A stretch of DNA of 60,690 bases from an uncultured Gammaproteobacteria bacterium (GCA_964425105.1 CAYRLE010000001.1:1-60690); one strand, 5' to 3'; counted from the first letter of the stretch, positions 10,921 to 20,379 are shown. The notes: generated by a model not told the origin, from the letters alone. Numbers and translations: made by a program.

Positions 10921-13743
10921 GTGTCCATATCCAGGGGTATTTCTCTCAAATCCGCGTGGTACGGTCTGATCATCCTGCTGACACTGCTGCCGGTAGCCGT
11001 GCTGCTGCCCTGGATTGGTCCCAAGGCCTTTGATCTGCTGCAAGAGAAGGCCCTGCTGGCGGAGTCCCAATTCAACGAAAATATCCGTGACCATGTGGAG
11101 GCGGAGATCTCGCGCATGGTGACCATGCTCACCAACAAGACCGATCCTATTGCCTATACCCTGAGCGAGGAAGATTACGACGCCAGCCTGTTGCAGGCAT
11201 TGCTCGGCAAAGTCTTGCAGCGCGAACATTCGGTCTTTGCCCTCATGCTGCTGGATAGCCGTGGGCATGTCATCAGCGGCATGGAGCGCCATGATGATGT
11301 GATAAGCAGTGTCTCGGCCGAGCATCCCCGCTCTCTTGCCGAAGACCGCATCGATAGCCGTTCCGCGGCCCTGGTCATACCCCTGCATGGCCGCACCTAT
11401 ATCGGCTCCACCAATAACCGTCATGGCAGCGCCAGTTTCCATGTCGCCGTGCCGGTGGGGGGGGAGCGGCCCAGCGCCGTGTTGCTGGCGGATATCGATG
11501 CCAAACTGTTCTGGCACGAGGTGGAGGACAAGCTCTCGCGACGCGGCGTGATTACCTACCTGGTGGATCGGCGTGGCAGCCTCCTCAATGTGCCGCCGGG
11601 CGTGGTACAGCACAAGGGTGATCTGCTCACCCATCTGCCCATCGTGCGCGCCCTGCTGGCGGACCAGGAATGGGTCAAGGAAAGGGACTACACCGGTCTC
11701 AATGGAGAGCAGGTCTTTGGCGTCGTCTCCCCCATCGAAATGCTGAACTGGGGCGTGATCAGCGAGGTGCCTACACGCACCATCACCTATCCCATCGCCA
11801 CCATGCTGTCCGTGATCGCATTCATCGTCGTCGCGCTCATGGCGCTGGTGGGCATTGCCGGCCTGTGGCTGGTGAACAAGATGCTGCGACGCATGCTGAA
11901 CCTGTCGCAGGCCTTTCAGGCCATCGCCAATGGCGACTACAACCAGCACCTGTCTTCCTCGCCCTTTGCCGAAGTGGCCGACCTGATCGCCGCCGTGAAC
12001 CGCATGAGCCAGGATCTGCAGCACCGTGAAGATGCCCTGCGTCAGAGCGAACAACGCCTGCAGGCCATTCTCGACAATTCCACCGCAGTGATCTGCATGA
12101 AGGATGTGGAGGGCCGTTATCTGCTGGTCAATCGTTATTTCGAGGAGTTGTTCTCTGTGTCCAAGGATGAGGCCGAAGGGCGCAGCGACCGGGATTTGTT
12201 CCCCCCCCTGATGGCGCAGGCCATACGTGACAACGATCTCCAGGTGATCCGTTCACGTAGCCCCATGGAATTCGAGGAGCAGGTTCAGCTGGGTGATGAA
12301 TCACGCACCTATATCTCGGTGAAATTCCCGCTCACTGAGCGCAATGGTGAGGTCTATGCCGTATGCAGCATCTCCACCGACATCACCCAGCGCATGCGCG
12401 ACGAAGCACGCCTCGAATATCTGGCCTATCACGATGTCCTCACCGGTCTCGCCAACCGCGCCCTGTTTCTGGACCGCCTGGAGCATGCCCTCAACCGCCG
12501 TCATCCCGCCGACCGTATGCTGGCGGTGATCTTCATGGATCTGGACCGCTTCAAGTACATCAATGACACACTGGGGCACGAGATCGGCGATCATCTGCTC
12601 CAGGACCTGGCCCGGCGCCTTGGTGAGTGCCTGCGCAAGAGCGACACCATTGCCCGTTTCGGGGGTGATGAATTCGCCATCCTGTTGGAAGACCTGGAAT
12701 CCAGCGAGGCCATCTCTGTGGTGGCTGAACAATTGCTGGAGATCTTTACCCGGCCCTTCCACCTCCAGGGGCACGAATTCTATATGACCACCAGTATCGG
12801 TATCAGCATTTTTCCCGATGACTGTGATGATGCCGGCTGCCTGCTGAAGAACGCCGATACCGCCATGTACCGCGCCAAGGAGATGGGGCGCAACATCTAT
12901 CAGTACTATTCCGTGGAGATGGGCAACCAGACACTGGAACGCCTGCGCCTGGAGACCGATCTGCGCCATGCCACGGAACAGGACCAGTTTTACATGGTCT
13001 ATCAGCCCCAGATCGATCTGGGCAGCGGGCGCGTCATCGGCGTCGAGGCATTGATCCGCTGGCGTCATCCTGAACTGGGATTGATGAGCCCCCTGAAGTT
13101 CATTCATATTCTGGAAGAGATGGGCATGATCGTGGCAGTGGGTGACTGGGTGCTGGAACAGGCCTGCACACAGGCAGGCATCTGGCAGCGCAACGGTAAT
13201 CCCGGACTGCGCATGGCGGTTAACCTGTCAGGGCGCCAGTTCCACGATCCGCTGCTCCACGAGCGGATCCGCCATATCCTGGCGGAGATCGGTGTGGCGG
13301 CCTCGACCCTGGAGTTGGAAATCACGGAAGGCGTGCTCATGCAGCAAGACCAGGTCACCATGGCCAATCTCAAAGCCCTGCAGCGCATGGGTGTGCGCCT
13401 GTCCATCGACGACTTCGGCACCGGCTACTCTTCCCTGAGTTACCTGAAGCGCTTTCCCATCAGTACCCTCAAGATCGACCGTTCGTTCATCCGCGACCTG
13501 GCCGACGACCCGGAAGACGCGGCCATCGTCAGGGCCATTATCGCCATGGCCCAGAGCCTGAAACTGGAGATCATTGCCGAAGGGGTGGAAACAGAGCAGC
13601 AGCTGGCCTTTCTGAACGCCCAGGGCTGCGACGCAGTACAGGGGTATCTGTTCAGCGCCCCCCTGGCAACGGACGAAGTGGGCAAATACCTGGAATCAGG
13701 TGCCGGTGCTGCGTGTGATGTTATCAGCCAGACTGCCGTCTGA
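10921..13743 (+). CDS. Membrane sensor: periplasmic Cache-like domain - HAMP - PAS - GGDEF - EAL (c-di-GMP cyclase/phosphodiesterase)
   Basis: Two TM segments flank a ~280-aa periplasmic region. HAMP (AFQAIANGDYNQHL), PAS (ILDNSTAVICMKDVEGRYLLVN), GGDEF (RFGGDEFAIL) and EAL (EALIRW..; DDFGTGYSSLSYL; QGYLFS). Confidence 0.9.
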   Translation: MSISRGISLKSAWYGLIILLTLLPVAVLLPWIGPKAFDLLQEKALLAESQFNENIRDHVEAEISRMVTMLTNKTDPIAYTLSEEDYDASLLQALLGKVLQREHSVFALMLLDSRGHVISGMERHDDVISSVSAEHPRSLAEDRIDSRSAALVIPLHGRTYIGSTNNRHGSASFHVAVPVGGERPSAVLLADIDAKLFWHEVEDKLSRRGVITYLVDRRGSLLNVPPGVVQHKGDLLTHLPIVRALLADQEWVKERDYTGLNGEQVFGVVSPIEMLNWGVISEVPTRTITYPIATMLSVIAFIVVALMALVGIAGLWLVNKMLRRMLNLSQAFQAIANGDYNQHLSSSPFAEVADLIAAVNRMSQDLQHREDALRQSEQRLQAILDNSTAVICMKDVEGRYLLVNRYFEELFSVSKDEAEGRSDRDLFPPLMAQAIRDNDLQVIRSRSPMEFEEQVQLGDESRTYISVKFPLTERNGEVYAVCSISTDITQRMRDEARLEYLAYHDVLTGLANRALFLDRLEHALNRRHPADRMLAVIFMDLDRFKYINDTLGHEIGDHLLQDLARRLGECLRKSDTIARFGGDEFAILLEDLESSEAISVVAEQLLEIFTRPFHLQGHEFYMTTSIGISIFPDDCDDAGCLLKNADTAMYRAKEMGRNIYQYYSVEMGNQTLERLRLETDLRHATEQDQFYMVYQPQIDLGSGRVIGVEALIRWRHPELGLMSPLKFIHILEEMGMIVAVGDWVLEQACTQAGIWQRNGNPGLRMAVNLSGRQFHDPLLHERIRHILAEIGVAASTLELEITEGVLMQQDQVTMANLKALQRMGVRLSIDDFGTGYSSLSYLKRFPISTLKIDRSFIRDLADDPEDAAIVRAIIAMAQSLKLEIIAEGVETEQQLAFLNAQGCDAVQGYLFSAPLATDEVGKYLESGAGAACDVISQTAV

Positions 13744-13939
13744 GGCCGGTAACTGGCGCTCGCCTAGAGCGGTCGTCAGAAGCCTTCCCTTTTGGCAAAG
13801 AGGTGGCTCAAAAGGCAGGCGGTTGTCATCATGCGGCTAAAAATTCACTAAGGATGTTGAGCAAGAATCCCCTTGAGGCTGGCGCATTGTTTGCATCATT
13901 ACCGGACAGAGGAGGTGGTGGCTCAATTTTGCCAACGCC

Positions 13940-14860
13940 ATGACCGCTGCCTATAAGCATGGGAGATGCCTCGCTGTGAAAATCAGGATCTTACTCCTGC
14001 TCAGCTGTCTTAGCATGACCCTGGCGCCACTTGTGGCGGCAGAGAAGCAGGAGAGTTTTGGCCGGGAAATCGGCCCGCTGCTCGAGGCGGCGGAGGAGGG
14101 GTCGGCGGACGCCGCCTATTTGCTTGCCAGTTTCTATTTTCATAAAGGCGATGCAAGCGAGGACTACCGTCAGGCCGTGCACTGGTGTGAGCGGGCTGCC
14201 CAGACGGGCCATGCCAGGGCACAGTACCTGCTGGCCTTTCTCTACGAGGCGGGGCTGGGGGTCAGTCAGGATCGCGATCGGGCGCTGTATTGGTACCGGC
14301 AGGCCGCCGAGCAGGGCGACGCCGGCGCCCAGTATCTGCTGGGTCGCCATTTCAGCGCTGCGGAAGAGAGTGCCCGACACCATGAGATGGCCGCCTACTG
14401 GCTGGGACAGGCGGCGGCGCAAGGCGTGGCGGCGGCGCAGTACGAACTCGCCTGGCTCTATCAGCATGGCCGGGGCGTGGTGCGTGACGAAGAGACAGCA
14501 GCCGGCTGGCTGGCCGAGGCCGCTGCCCAGGGGTTGCTCCCGGCCCAGCTGGAACTGGGCGTACGCTGCCTGGAGGGGCGGGGTGTGCCGCAGGACGATT
14601 ACCAGGCCATGGAATGGTTCTTCAAGGCCGCAGCCCAGGGCAGCAGAGAGGCCCAGTACAATCTCGGCATGATGTATGCCTATGGCATCGGTGTATTGCG
14701 CAACGAACGACGCGCAGCCCGCTGGCTGCGCAAGGCGGCACGCGCCGGGCATCCCCAGGCGCGCCACCAACTCGAGGTGCTGTGGCGCAGTATGGCAATG
14801 CACAAGCAGAACAGGCCACTGCCCGATATGCGCCATATCCGACGCAATCTCAACGGCTGA
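13940..14860 (+). CDS. Sel1-repeat (SLR/TPR-like) secreted protein
   Basis: At least six Sel1-type units (A..WY.KAAEQGDA.AQY.LG). Has an N-terminal signal peptide. GTG 13976, behind GGGAGA, is an alternative start. Confidence 0.85.
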   Translation: MTAAYKHGRCLAVKIRILLLLSCLSMTLAPLVAAEKQESFGREIGPLLEAAEEGSADAAYLLASFYFHKGDASEDYRQAVHWCERAAQTGHARAQYLLAFLYEAGLGVSQDRDRALYWYRQAAEQGDAGAQYLLGRHFSAAEESARHHEMAAYWLGQAAAQGVAAAQYELAWLYQHGRGVVRDEETAAGWLAEAAAQGLLPAQLELGVRCLEGRGVPQDDYQAMEWFFKAAAQGSREAQYNLGMMYAYGIGVLRNERRAARWLRKAARAGHPQARHQLEVLWRSMAMHKQNRPLPDMRHIRRNLNG

Positions 14861-14926
14861 GCTGTTGGCTTGGCAGCGACGGGAAGGCTGCTAAGGAAGG
14901 GTGTTTCTGACCATTGGAGGCTTCTA

Positions 14927-15808
14927 ATGTCTGAACAGGAACAGGCGGGGGGCAGCGCACACAGTCCTGTCCCGGTGCTCATCCTCGGGGCAGGACGCGG
15001 CGGCAGCGCCATGCTCGAGTTGCTGAGCGGCGAGCAGGCGGTGCGGGTAGTGGGCATTCTGGACTCGGTTGCAGATGCGCCCGGCATGATCATGGCCAGG
15101 GAGCAGGGGATTCCGGTTTTTTGTGATCTCCATGAAGCGGTGGAGCAGAGTGCGCCTGCCATGGTGTTCAATCTCACCCATGATGAGTCCCTGGGCGCCA
15201 GGGCCGCCTCCCTGCTGGGGCGGGAGGCCGTCATCGGGGGGCTGCAGGCGCACCTCTTCTGGAACATGGTCACTGGTCTCAAGCAGGCCCGCGACTGTTT
15301 GCGCCACGAAGCCACTCATGATGCGCTGACCGGCATACTCAATCGGCGTGGCATCATCGAACGCGCTGCAAGCGACCTGAAAGAGGCGCAGCGCTATGGC
15401 TTCTCCTTTACCGTGGCGATACTCGATATCGATCACTTCAAGCGTATCAATGATCAATTCGGGCATGATTGCGGGGATGCCGTCCTGCAACAAATGGCAA
15501 AGACATTGCAACGTGGTATGCGTCTCCACGATTCTTTGGGGCGCTGGGGCGGAGAAGAGTTTCTGGTGCTGCTGCCCCATACCGGTGGAAAAGATGCGGT
15601 GGCGGCAGCGCGCCACTGGTTGGCCAGCCTGCAGGCTGCGGCAATAGAATGCAGGGGGCAGAGGATCCCCCTCGCTTTTTCGGCTGGTGTGGCCTCCCTG
15701 TGCGAAGTGGAGGAAGCATCGCTGGATGCGCTGCAGGCGCTGGCGGACCAGCGCCTCTATCAGGCCAAGGAGGCAGGGCGCGCCCGGGTGGTCGGCCCGC
15801 AGGATTGA
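14927..15808 (+). CDS. Diguanylate cyclase (GGDEF) with an N-terminal Rossmann-like (GxGxxG) domain
   Basis: ATG 14927 follows GGAGG. N-terminus VLILGAGRGGSAMLELL..VRVVGILD. The C-terminal GGDEF domain has RWGGEEFLVLL and an RxxD-like I-site context. Confidence 0.85.
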   Translation: MSEQEQAGGSAHSPVPVLILGAGRGGSAMLELLSGEQAVRVVGILDSVADAPGMIMAREQGIPVFCDLHEAVEQSAPAMVFNLTHDESLGARAASLLGREAVIGGLQAHLFWNMVTGLKQARDCLRHEATHDALTGILNRRGIIERAASDLKEAQRYGFSFTVAILDIDHFKRINDQFGHDCGDAVLQQMAKTLQRGMRLHDSLGRWGGEEFLVLLPHTGGKDAVAAARHWLASLQAAAIECRGQRIPLAFSAGVASLCEVEEASLDALQALADQRLYQAKEAGRARVVGPQD

Positions 15809-16139
15809 CCGTCCACCTGGAACTTTCGTCTGCTTTTGCCGCCACATGGGGTGGCCGGTCGGCCGCTGCCCATTATGTCTCTGTATCACAAGCCCATGGA
15901 ACTTTCCTTCCGGCTTGCAGTCACATTCGATAGCCAGTATTCGCTACTGGTTTGCTCTGTCAAGGCGGGTGAGGATGACAAGGACCTAAACGGACTTAGG
16001 CGCCTTGGCGGGGTATTCACCCTTCCTGTTTCGCCGCATCCTTCCCCTTTAAGAGTGCCTTAAGAAATATCTGAGAAAATACAAGGCAGTCTCGAAGTAT
16101 CGAGTTGTCTTTTCTCATTGAAAGGGGTGGAACACGGAT

Positions 16140-16403
16140 ATGTTGGTTTTGACGCGGCGCACAGGTGAATCCATACACATTTACCCTTCCGACAAGATCC
16201 GGCCCGATATGACGGTGGCCGAGTTATTCCGGGACGGCCCCTTTGAGATCCATATCCGTAAGATCAACCCCGGCCAGGTGCGCATCAGTATCAAGGCCCC
16301 TCATGAGTTGACCATTCTGCGCAATGAGTTGGAGAGAAATCCTGCCAGCGAACAGGGCGTGAAGGTCGAAGAAGAAGACAGCCGGGCCAGCGCCACTCCC
16401 TGA
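16140..16403 (+). CDS. CsrA/RsmA-family RNA-binding protein of the RsmN/RsmF type (insertion between beta2 and beta3)
   Basis: Has the MLVLTRRTGESIHI signature and a C-terminal QVRISIKAPHELTILRNEL. A ~20-aa insert (SDKIRPDMTVAELFRDGPF) sits where canonical CsrA has a tight turn. Confidence 0.75.
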   Translation: MLVLTRRTGESIHIYPSDKIRPDMTVAELFRDGPFEIHIRKINPGQVRISIKAPHELTILRNELERNPASEQGVKVEEEDSRASATP

Positions 16404-16830
16404 GCAGATCGTTCCAATCGGGCATAGCGCCCGCAGTCACGTCTCCTGTCCCTGCCGGTTCTGTGCCGGGCACTTTCTCTGTTTTGCCTCCTCAACGGAT
16501 CTGCGTCATGCCGGCGCTGGCCGGAATTCCGTAACACATTGAATCACTGGCCGGATTCCGGTCTGCGTCAGGCTATGCTGGGCATGATGTATTGATCGAA
16601 GAATCCTTGTTCAGAGGATCCTTGTATGGTTTAGCGCTTATCTTTGTAATACGATGATTGCCTGTGCGCTAAAGCGCCTTGCACTCTGCCGGCTAAAGTG
16701 GAGCATGGCGCCATGACGGCGGTGAGCGGATGTTTCGCCATGGCTGCTTGCAGAGGGCAGGATATTCAGCCGGGATTCATCGCCCGGGACTATCATCAGG
16801 CGGACGGCATGTGCCGTGAGGGAGATGACA

Positions 16831-17403
16831 ATGCAGAGGGGATGGCGGAATTCCATGGCAGTGCTGGGGCTGGGGGGGCTGCTCCTGCTGGGGGCTTGTG
16901 CCGGCAAGACCCGGGTCGAGAGCGACCTCCATGTCAAGGGGGCGCCGGACTGGGTAAACGAAGGCACCAGTGTCCTCAAGGATCGCAAGGGGCGCCTGTT
17001 TCACGGCGTGGGCTCGGCGCCTCCCATGGGGGACCGTTCCCTGCAGCTGGAGACGGCAGACAACCGGGCGCGGGCCGAACTGGCGCGCGCCCTGGCGTCC
17101 TATCTGGAAGTGGTTTCCAGCGACTATGCCGCGGCCAGCGGCAGCGGCGAGGAGGCCGGCCTGGCGCGCAGCGTCTCGCGCCAGATCGATACCCTCACCC
17201 GCATCAACCTCACCGGCAGCCGCATCATCGGGCGCTGGCGCGATAAAACGAGCGATGTGATCTATTCCCTGGCAGAGCTGGACATGAAACAGGTGAAGGA
17301 GACCCTGCGCCGTATCGAGGACATGGATCCCGGCTTCCGCGCCTATATCGAGCGCCAGGGCGGCAATATTTTCGACAGCATGGCCGAAGGAGGCAGACCA
17401 TGA
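16831..17403 (+). CDS. LPP20-family lipoprotein
   Basis: Lipobox LLLLGACAG, then APDWV..G..H..G and ..A.NRARAELAR as in LPP20/FlgP-like proteins. ATG 16831 follows GAGGGAG. The end overlaps the next gene by 4 nt (ATGA). Confidence 0.75.
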   Translation: MQRGWRNSMAVLGLGGLLLLGACAGKTRVESDLHVKGAPDWVNEGTSVLKDRKGRLFHGVGSAPPMGDRSLQLETADNRARAELARALASYLEVVSSDYAAASGSGEEAGLARSVSRQIDTLTRINLTGSRIIGRWRDKTSDVIYSLAELDMKQVKETLRRIEDMDPGFRAYIERQGGNIFDSMAEGGRP

Positions 17404-17999
17404 CACAAGCACGGGGCATGTTTTCCATTTTTCTGATGCTGGCGCTGCTGGCGGGCTGCGCCACCCGCGTGGAGCGCATCGATAGCGACGAAGTCAGGGA
17501 TCTCAGCGGCCGCTGGAACGATACCGATTCGCGCCTGGTCTCGGAGGAGATGATCGCCGACCTGCTGTCCCGGCCCTGGGTGGGGGAGTTCCGCGGTCGC
17601 GAGGGCAAGGCGCCTGCCGTGATCGTCGGTGAAGTGCTCAATCTCAGTCACGAGCATATCAATGTTCAGACCTTCGTCAATGACATGGAGCGGGCCCTGA
17701 TCAATTCCGGCCAGGTGATCTTCGTGGCCTCGAGCCAGGAACGCCAGGAAGTGCGCGAGGAGCGTCAGGACCAGGATATCCATGCCCGCGAGGATACCCG
17801 CAAGCCCATGGGCCGTGAACTGGGCGCCGACTTCATGCTCAAGGGTAGCATCAATACGATCTTCGACACCGAAGGCAAGCGCCAGGTGCGCTATTACCAG
17901 GTGGATCTCACCCTCATCAGCCTGGCGGACAACCGCAAGGTATGGCTGGGCCAGAAGAAGATCAAGAAATTCGTGACCAAGGCCATCCTGCGCCCCTGA
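17400..17999 (+). CDS. lpoB: LpoB-family (COG3417) lipoprotein, penicillin-binding-protein-activator-like
   Basis: Lipobox LALLAGCAT. Conserved core (SGRWNDTDSRLVSEEMI.., AVIVGEVLNLSHEHINVQTF, GADFMLKGSI, YYQVDLTLISLADNRKVW). Confidence 0.7.
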   Translation: MTQARGMFSIFLMLALLAGCATRVERIDSDEVRDLSGRWNDTDSRLVSEEMIADLLSRPWVGEFRGREGKAPAVIVGEVLNLSHEHINVQTFVNDMERALINSGQVIFVASSQERQEVREERQDQDIHAREDTRKPMGRELGADFMLKGSINTIFDTEGKRQVRYYQVDLTLISLADNRKVWLGQKKIKKFVTKAILRP

Positions 18000-18019
18000 G
18001 GCAGCGCATAGAGGGCGCA

Positions 18020-19342
18020 GTGTGGCACGCTGGTCATGCTTGGCAGAAGGGCCCCTGCAGCTATGTGTTGCAGGCGCTGACGGGCACCCTGCTGGCGGGT
18101 CTGCTGACGGCCTGCGCCAGCTATGGCGACTGGGCGCGGCAGCTGGAATATGAACTGGCGGCAGGGGACTATCAGGGCGCCCTCGCGGTGCTGGAGGAGC
18201 AGGGCCGACGGCCGCGGGATGCGCTGCTCTATCTGCTGAACCGGGCCCTGCTGTTGCGTATGGACGGTGACTTCGCGGCGAGCAACACCGCCTTCGAGGA
18301 GGCCAAGGTGCTGATGGAAAAATTCTCCGCCGTGAGCGTCAGCGAGCAGGCCGGCGCCCTGACCGTCAACGATCTGCAGCGCAGCTACAGCGGCGAGGCG
18401 TATGAGCGGGTGCTGGTCCCTCTCTTTGCCGCCCTCAACTACCTGGAACTGGGCCAGCCCCGCGAGGCGCGGGTGGAGATCCTGCAACTGGATGTGCTGT
18501 TGGGCCAGCTGGAGACGGAGTCCCTGGCGGCGGGCGCATTCGCCCGCTATTTCAGCGGCATGGTGTTCGAGGCCCTGGGCGAGGTGGACCAGGCGCTGAT
18601 TGCCTATCGCAAGGCCTACCAAGCCTACCGCGAATATCCAGCCGCCGCCCTGGCACTGCCCGAGCAACTCAAGGCCGACCTGCTGCGCCTCAGCGCACGC
18701 CTGGGACTGAAGCAGGAGTTGGCACGCTACCGCAGGGAGTTTGCCATGACGGCACCTGCTGCGGAGGACGGGACAGTGGGGGAGGTCGTTTTCATCCTTT
18801 TCAGCGGCCTGGCGCCGCTGAAACGAGAAACCCGCGTCAACGCCTTCACCGAGAGCGGGGAGTTGGTGAGCATCGCCATGCCCTATTACGAAGGCCGCCT
18901 GCCCTATGTGCGCAAGGGGGTGCTCCAGGCCGGCGGGGCGCGGGCCGAGAGCGAGGCGGTGGAGGATATCAATACCCTGGCCGTGGAGACACTGCAGCGC
19001 CAGGCGCCCCTGATTCTGGCCCGCGCTGTGGCGCGGGCGGTCCTCAAGCACGAGGCGGTGGAAAAGGCCGGCGAGGAAAACGAAGGCCTGGGTTTTCTAG
19101 TCAATGTGGCGGGCGTGGTGAGCGAGCGCGCCGATACCCGCAGCTGGTCGATTTTGCCCAGCCGCATCTATGTGGCGCGCCTGGCGCTGGCGCCCGGCGC
19201 CTATGCGTTGCAGCTGCGCCTGATAAATGCCCAGGGGGAACTGGCGGGTACGCGCCGCTTCGACATCAGGCTCAAGGCCGGGGAGAAGCGCTTCCTCAGC
19301 CTGCACTGGATCGACAGCCATGACCAGGGGGTATCCCATTGA
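18020..19342 (+). CDS. TPR-like lipoprotein of unknown function (COG3014-like partner of LPP20/LpoB clusters)
   Basis: Signal peptide with lipobox (LTGTLLAGLLTAC). Helical-repeat N-terminal half and a beta-rich C-terminal half. The start is uncertain (GTG 18020, GTG 18065 or TTG 18068). The ORF-track start at 17942 overlaps lpoB and is rejected. Confidence 0.65.
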   Translation: MWHAGHAWQKGPCSYVLQALTGTLLAGLLTACASYGDWARQLEYELAAGDYQGALAVLEEQGRRPRDALLYLLNRALLLRMDGDFAASNTAFEEAKVLMEKFSAVSVSEQAGALTVNDLQRSYSGEAYERVLVPLFAALNYLELGQPREARVEILQLDVLLGQLETESLAAGAFARYFSGMVFEALGEVDQALIAYRKAYQAYREYPAAALALPEQLKADLLRLSARLGLKQELARYRREFAMTAPAAEDGTVGEVVFILFSGLAPLKRETRVNAFTESGELVSIAMPYYEGRLPYVRKGVLQAGGARAESEAVEDINTLAVETLQRQAPLILARAVARAVLKHEAVEKAGEENEGLGFLVNVAGVVSERADTRSWSILPSRIYVARLALAPGAYALQLRLINAQGELAGTRRFDIRLKAGEKRFLSLHWIDSHDQGVSH

Positions 19343-20358
19343 AACATCTTTCTTGTCTCGCTGTGCTTATTCTGTTGCTGGCGGCCTGCAGCACCACGGG
19401 CCGCCAGGCTGAGGTCCCCGGCTGGGTCAATGGCGCGGCAGCGGCCTATCCCCTGGAACGCTATCTGCTGGGGCGGGGCAGTGGCCCCACCCTGGCGCTG
19501 GCCCAGGATCGCGCCCGCGCAGATCTGGCCAAGGGGCTGCGGGTGGCCATCGAGGCCCGCAGCAGCGAGCGCCAGCAGTATCGCGCGGGCGAGGAGGGTG
19601 TCAGCAGCGAACTGGCCATCGAGCGCCAGTTCAGCGCACGCACCAGCGAGGTGATCCAGGGCATGGAGATCGCCGGCATCTGGCAGGAGCCGACGGGGGG
19701 GCGCTACCATGCCCTGGCAGTATTGGAGCGCACTGCCGCGGCACGGCGCCTGCGCACGGAAATCGGCGAACTGGACCGCCAGACGGCGGCCCGCATCGAG
19801 ACTGCGCGGCGCAGCGGCGACCCCTTGTCTGCCATCGCCGCAGCGGCCGAGGCGGTCCGCACTCAGGAAGCGCGCCATGCCCTGCAGCAACTCCTGCAGG
19901 TGTTGGAGCCCGCTGGCGGCGGCCTGGCGCCGCGCTGGTCCCTGGCGCGCTTGAGTGCCGACCGCGATGCCCTGCTGGCAAGATTGAAAATCGCCGTTGC
20001 CGTCCCGCCTACCGATCCCGGCCTCGCCGCCTTGCTGGAGAGCGCCCTGGCAGAGGCGGGCGTGCAGGTGGCGCAGGGCAATGCCGGTGATTATCTGCTG
20101 GCGGGGTCTTTGGACCTGCAGCCGCCCCAGCCTCGGGACGGCTGGTTCTGGGTGCGCGGCAGGCTGTCCATCCTGTTGCAGCAGGCGGATGGCCGGGGAC
20201 GCGGCAGCCACTTTTGGGAACTGAAGGTCGCCGGCCTGACCGCCGAGGTCGCACGTGGCCGCGCCCGCGACGAGGCGGCCCGCATGCTTCGGGAGGAACT
20301 GCTGCAAGCATTGCTGGGCTTTGCCGACAATCCTCGAGCGGGGGGTATCTTGCCCTGA
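19339..20358 (+). CDS. Lipoprotein with an N-terminal LPP20-like domain and a long Ala/Arg-rich extension
   Basis: Lipobox LLLAACST, then PGWVNG..YP..YLLGRGSG.TLALAQDRARADLAK, resembling the LPP20 fold motif. Overlaps the previous gene by 4 nt. Confidence 0.65.
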   Translation: MKHLSCLAVLILLLAACSTTGRQAEVPGWVNGAAAAYPLERYLLGRGSGPTLALAQDRARADLAKGLRVAIEARSSERQQYRAGEEGVSSELAIERQFSARTSEVIQGMEIAGIWQEPTGGRYHALAVLERTAAARRLRTEIGELDRQTAARIETARRSGDPLSAIAAAAEAVRTQEARHALQQLLQVLEPAGGGLAPRWSLARLSADRDALLARLKIAVAVPPTDPGLAALLESALAEAGVQVAQGNAGDYLLAGSLDLQPPQPRDGWFWVRGRLSILLQQADGRGRGSHFWELKVAGLTAEVARGRARDEAARMLREELLQALLGFADNPRAGGILP

Positions 20359-20379
20359 CAGCTAAAACAGGCTAGTGTC

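Noticed and set aside
7077-12054. Minus-strand ORFs 7077-8642, 8326-9627 and 10459-12054 (433-531 aa)
   Set aside because: They lie opposite rlmD, the hydrolase-OsmC gene and the SBP/GGDEF-EAL genes, all of which carry clear family motifs. The antisense translations have no motifs and a biased composition.
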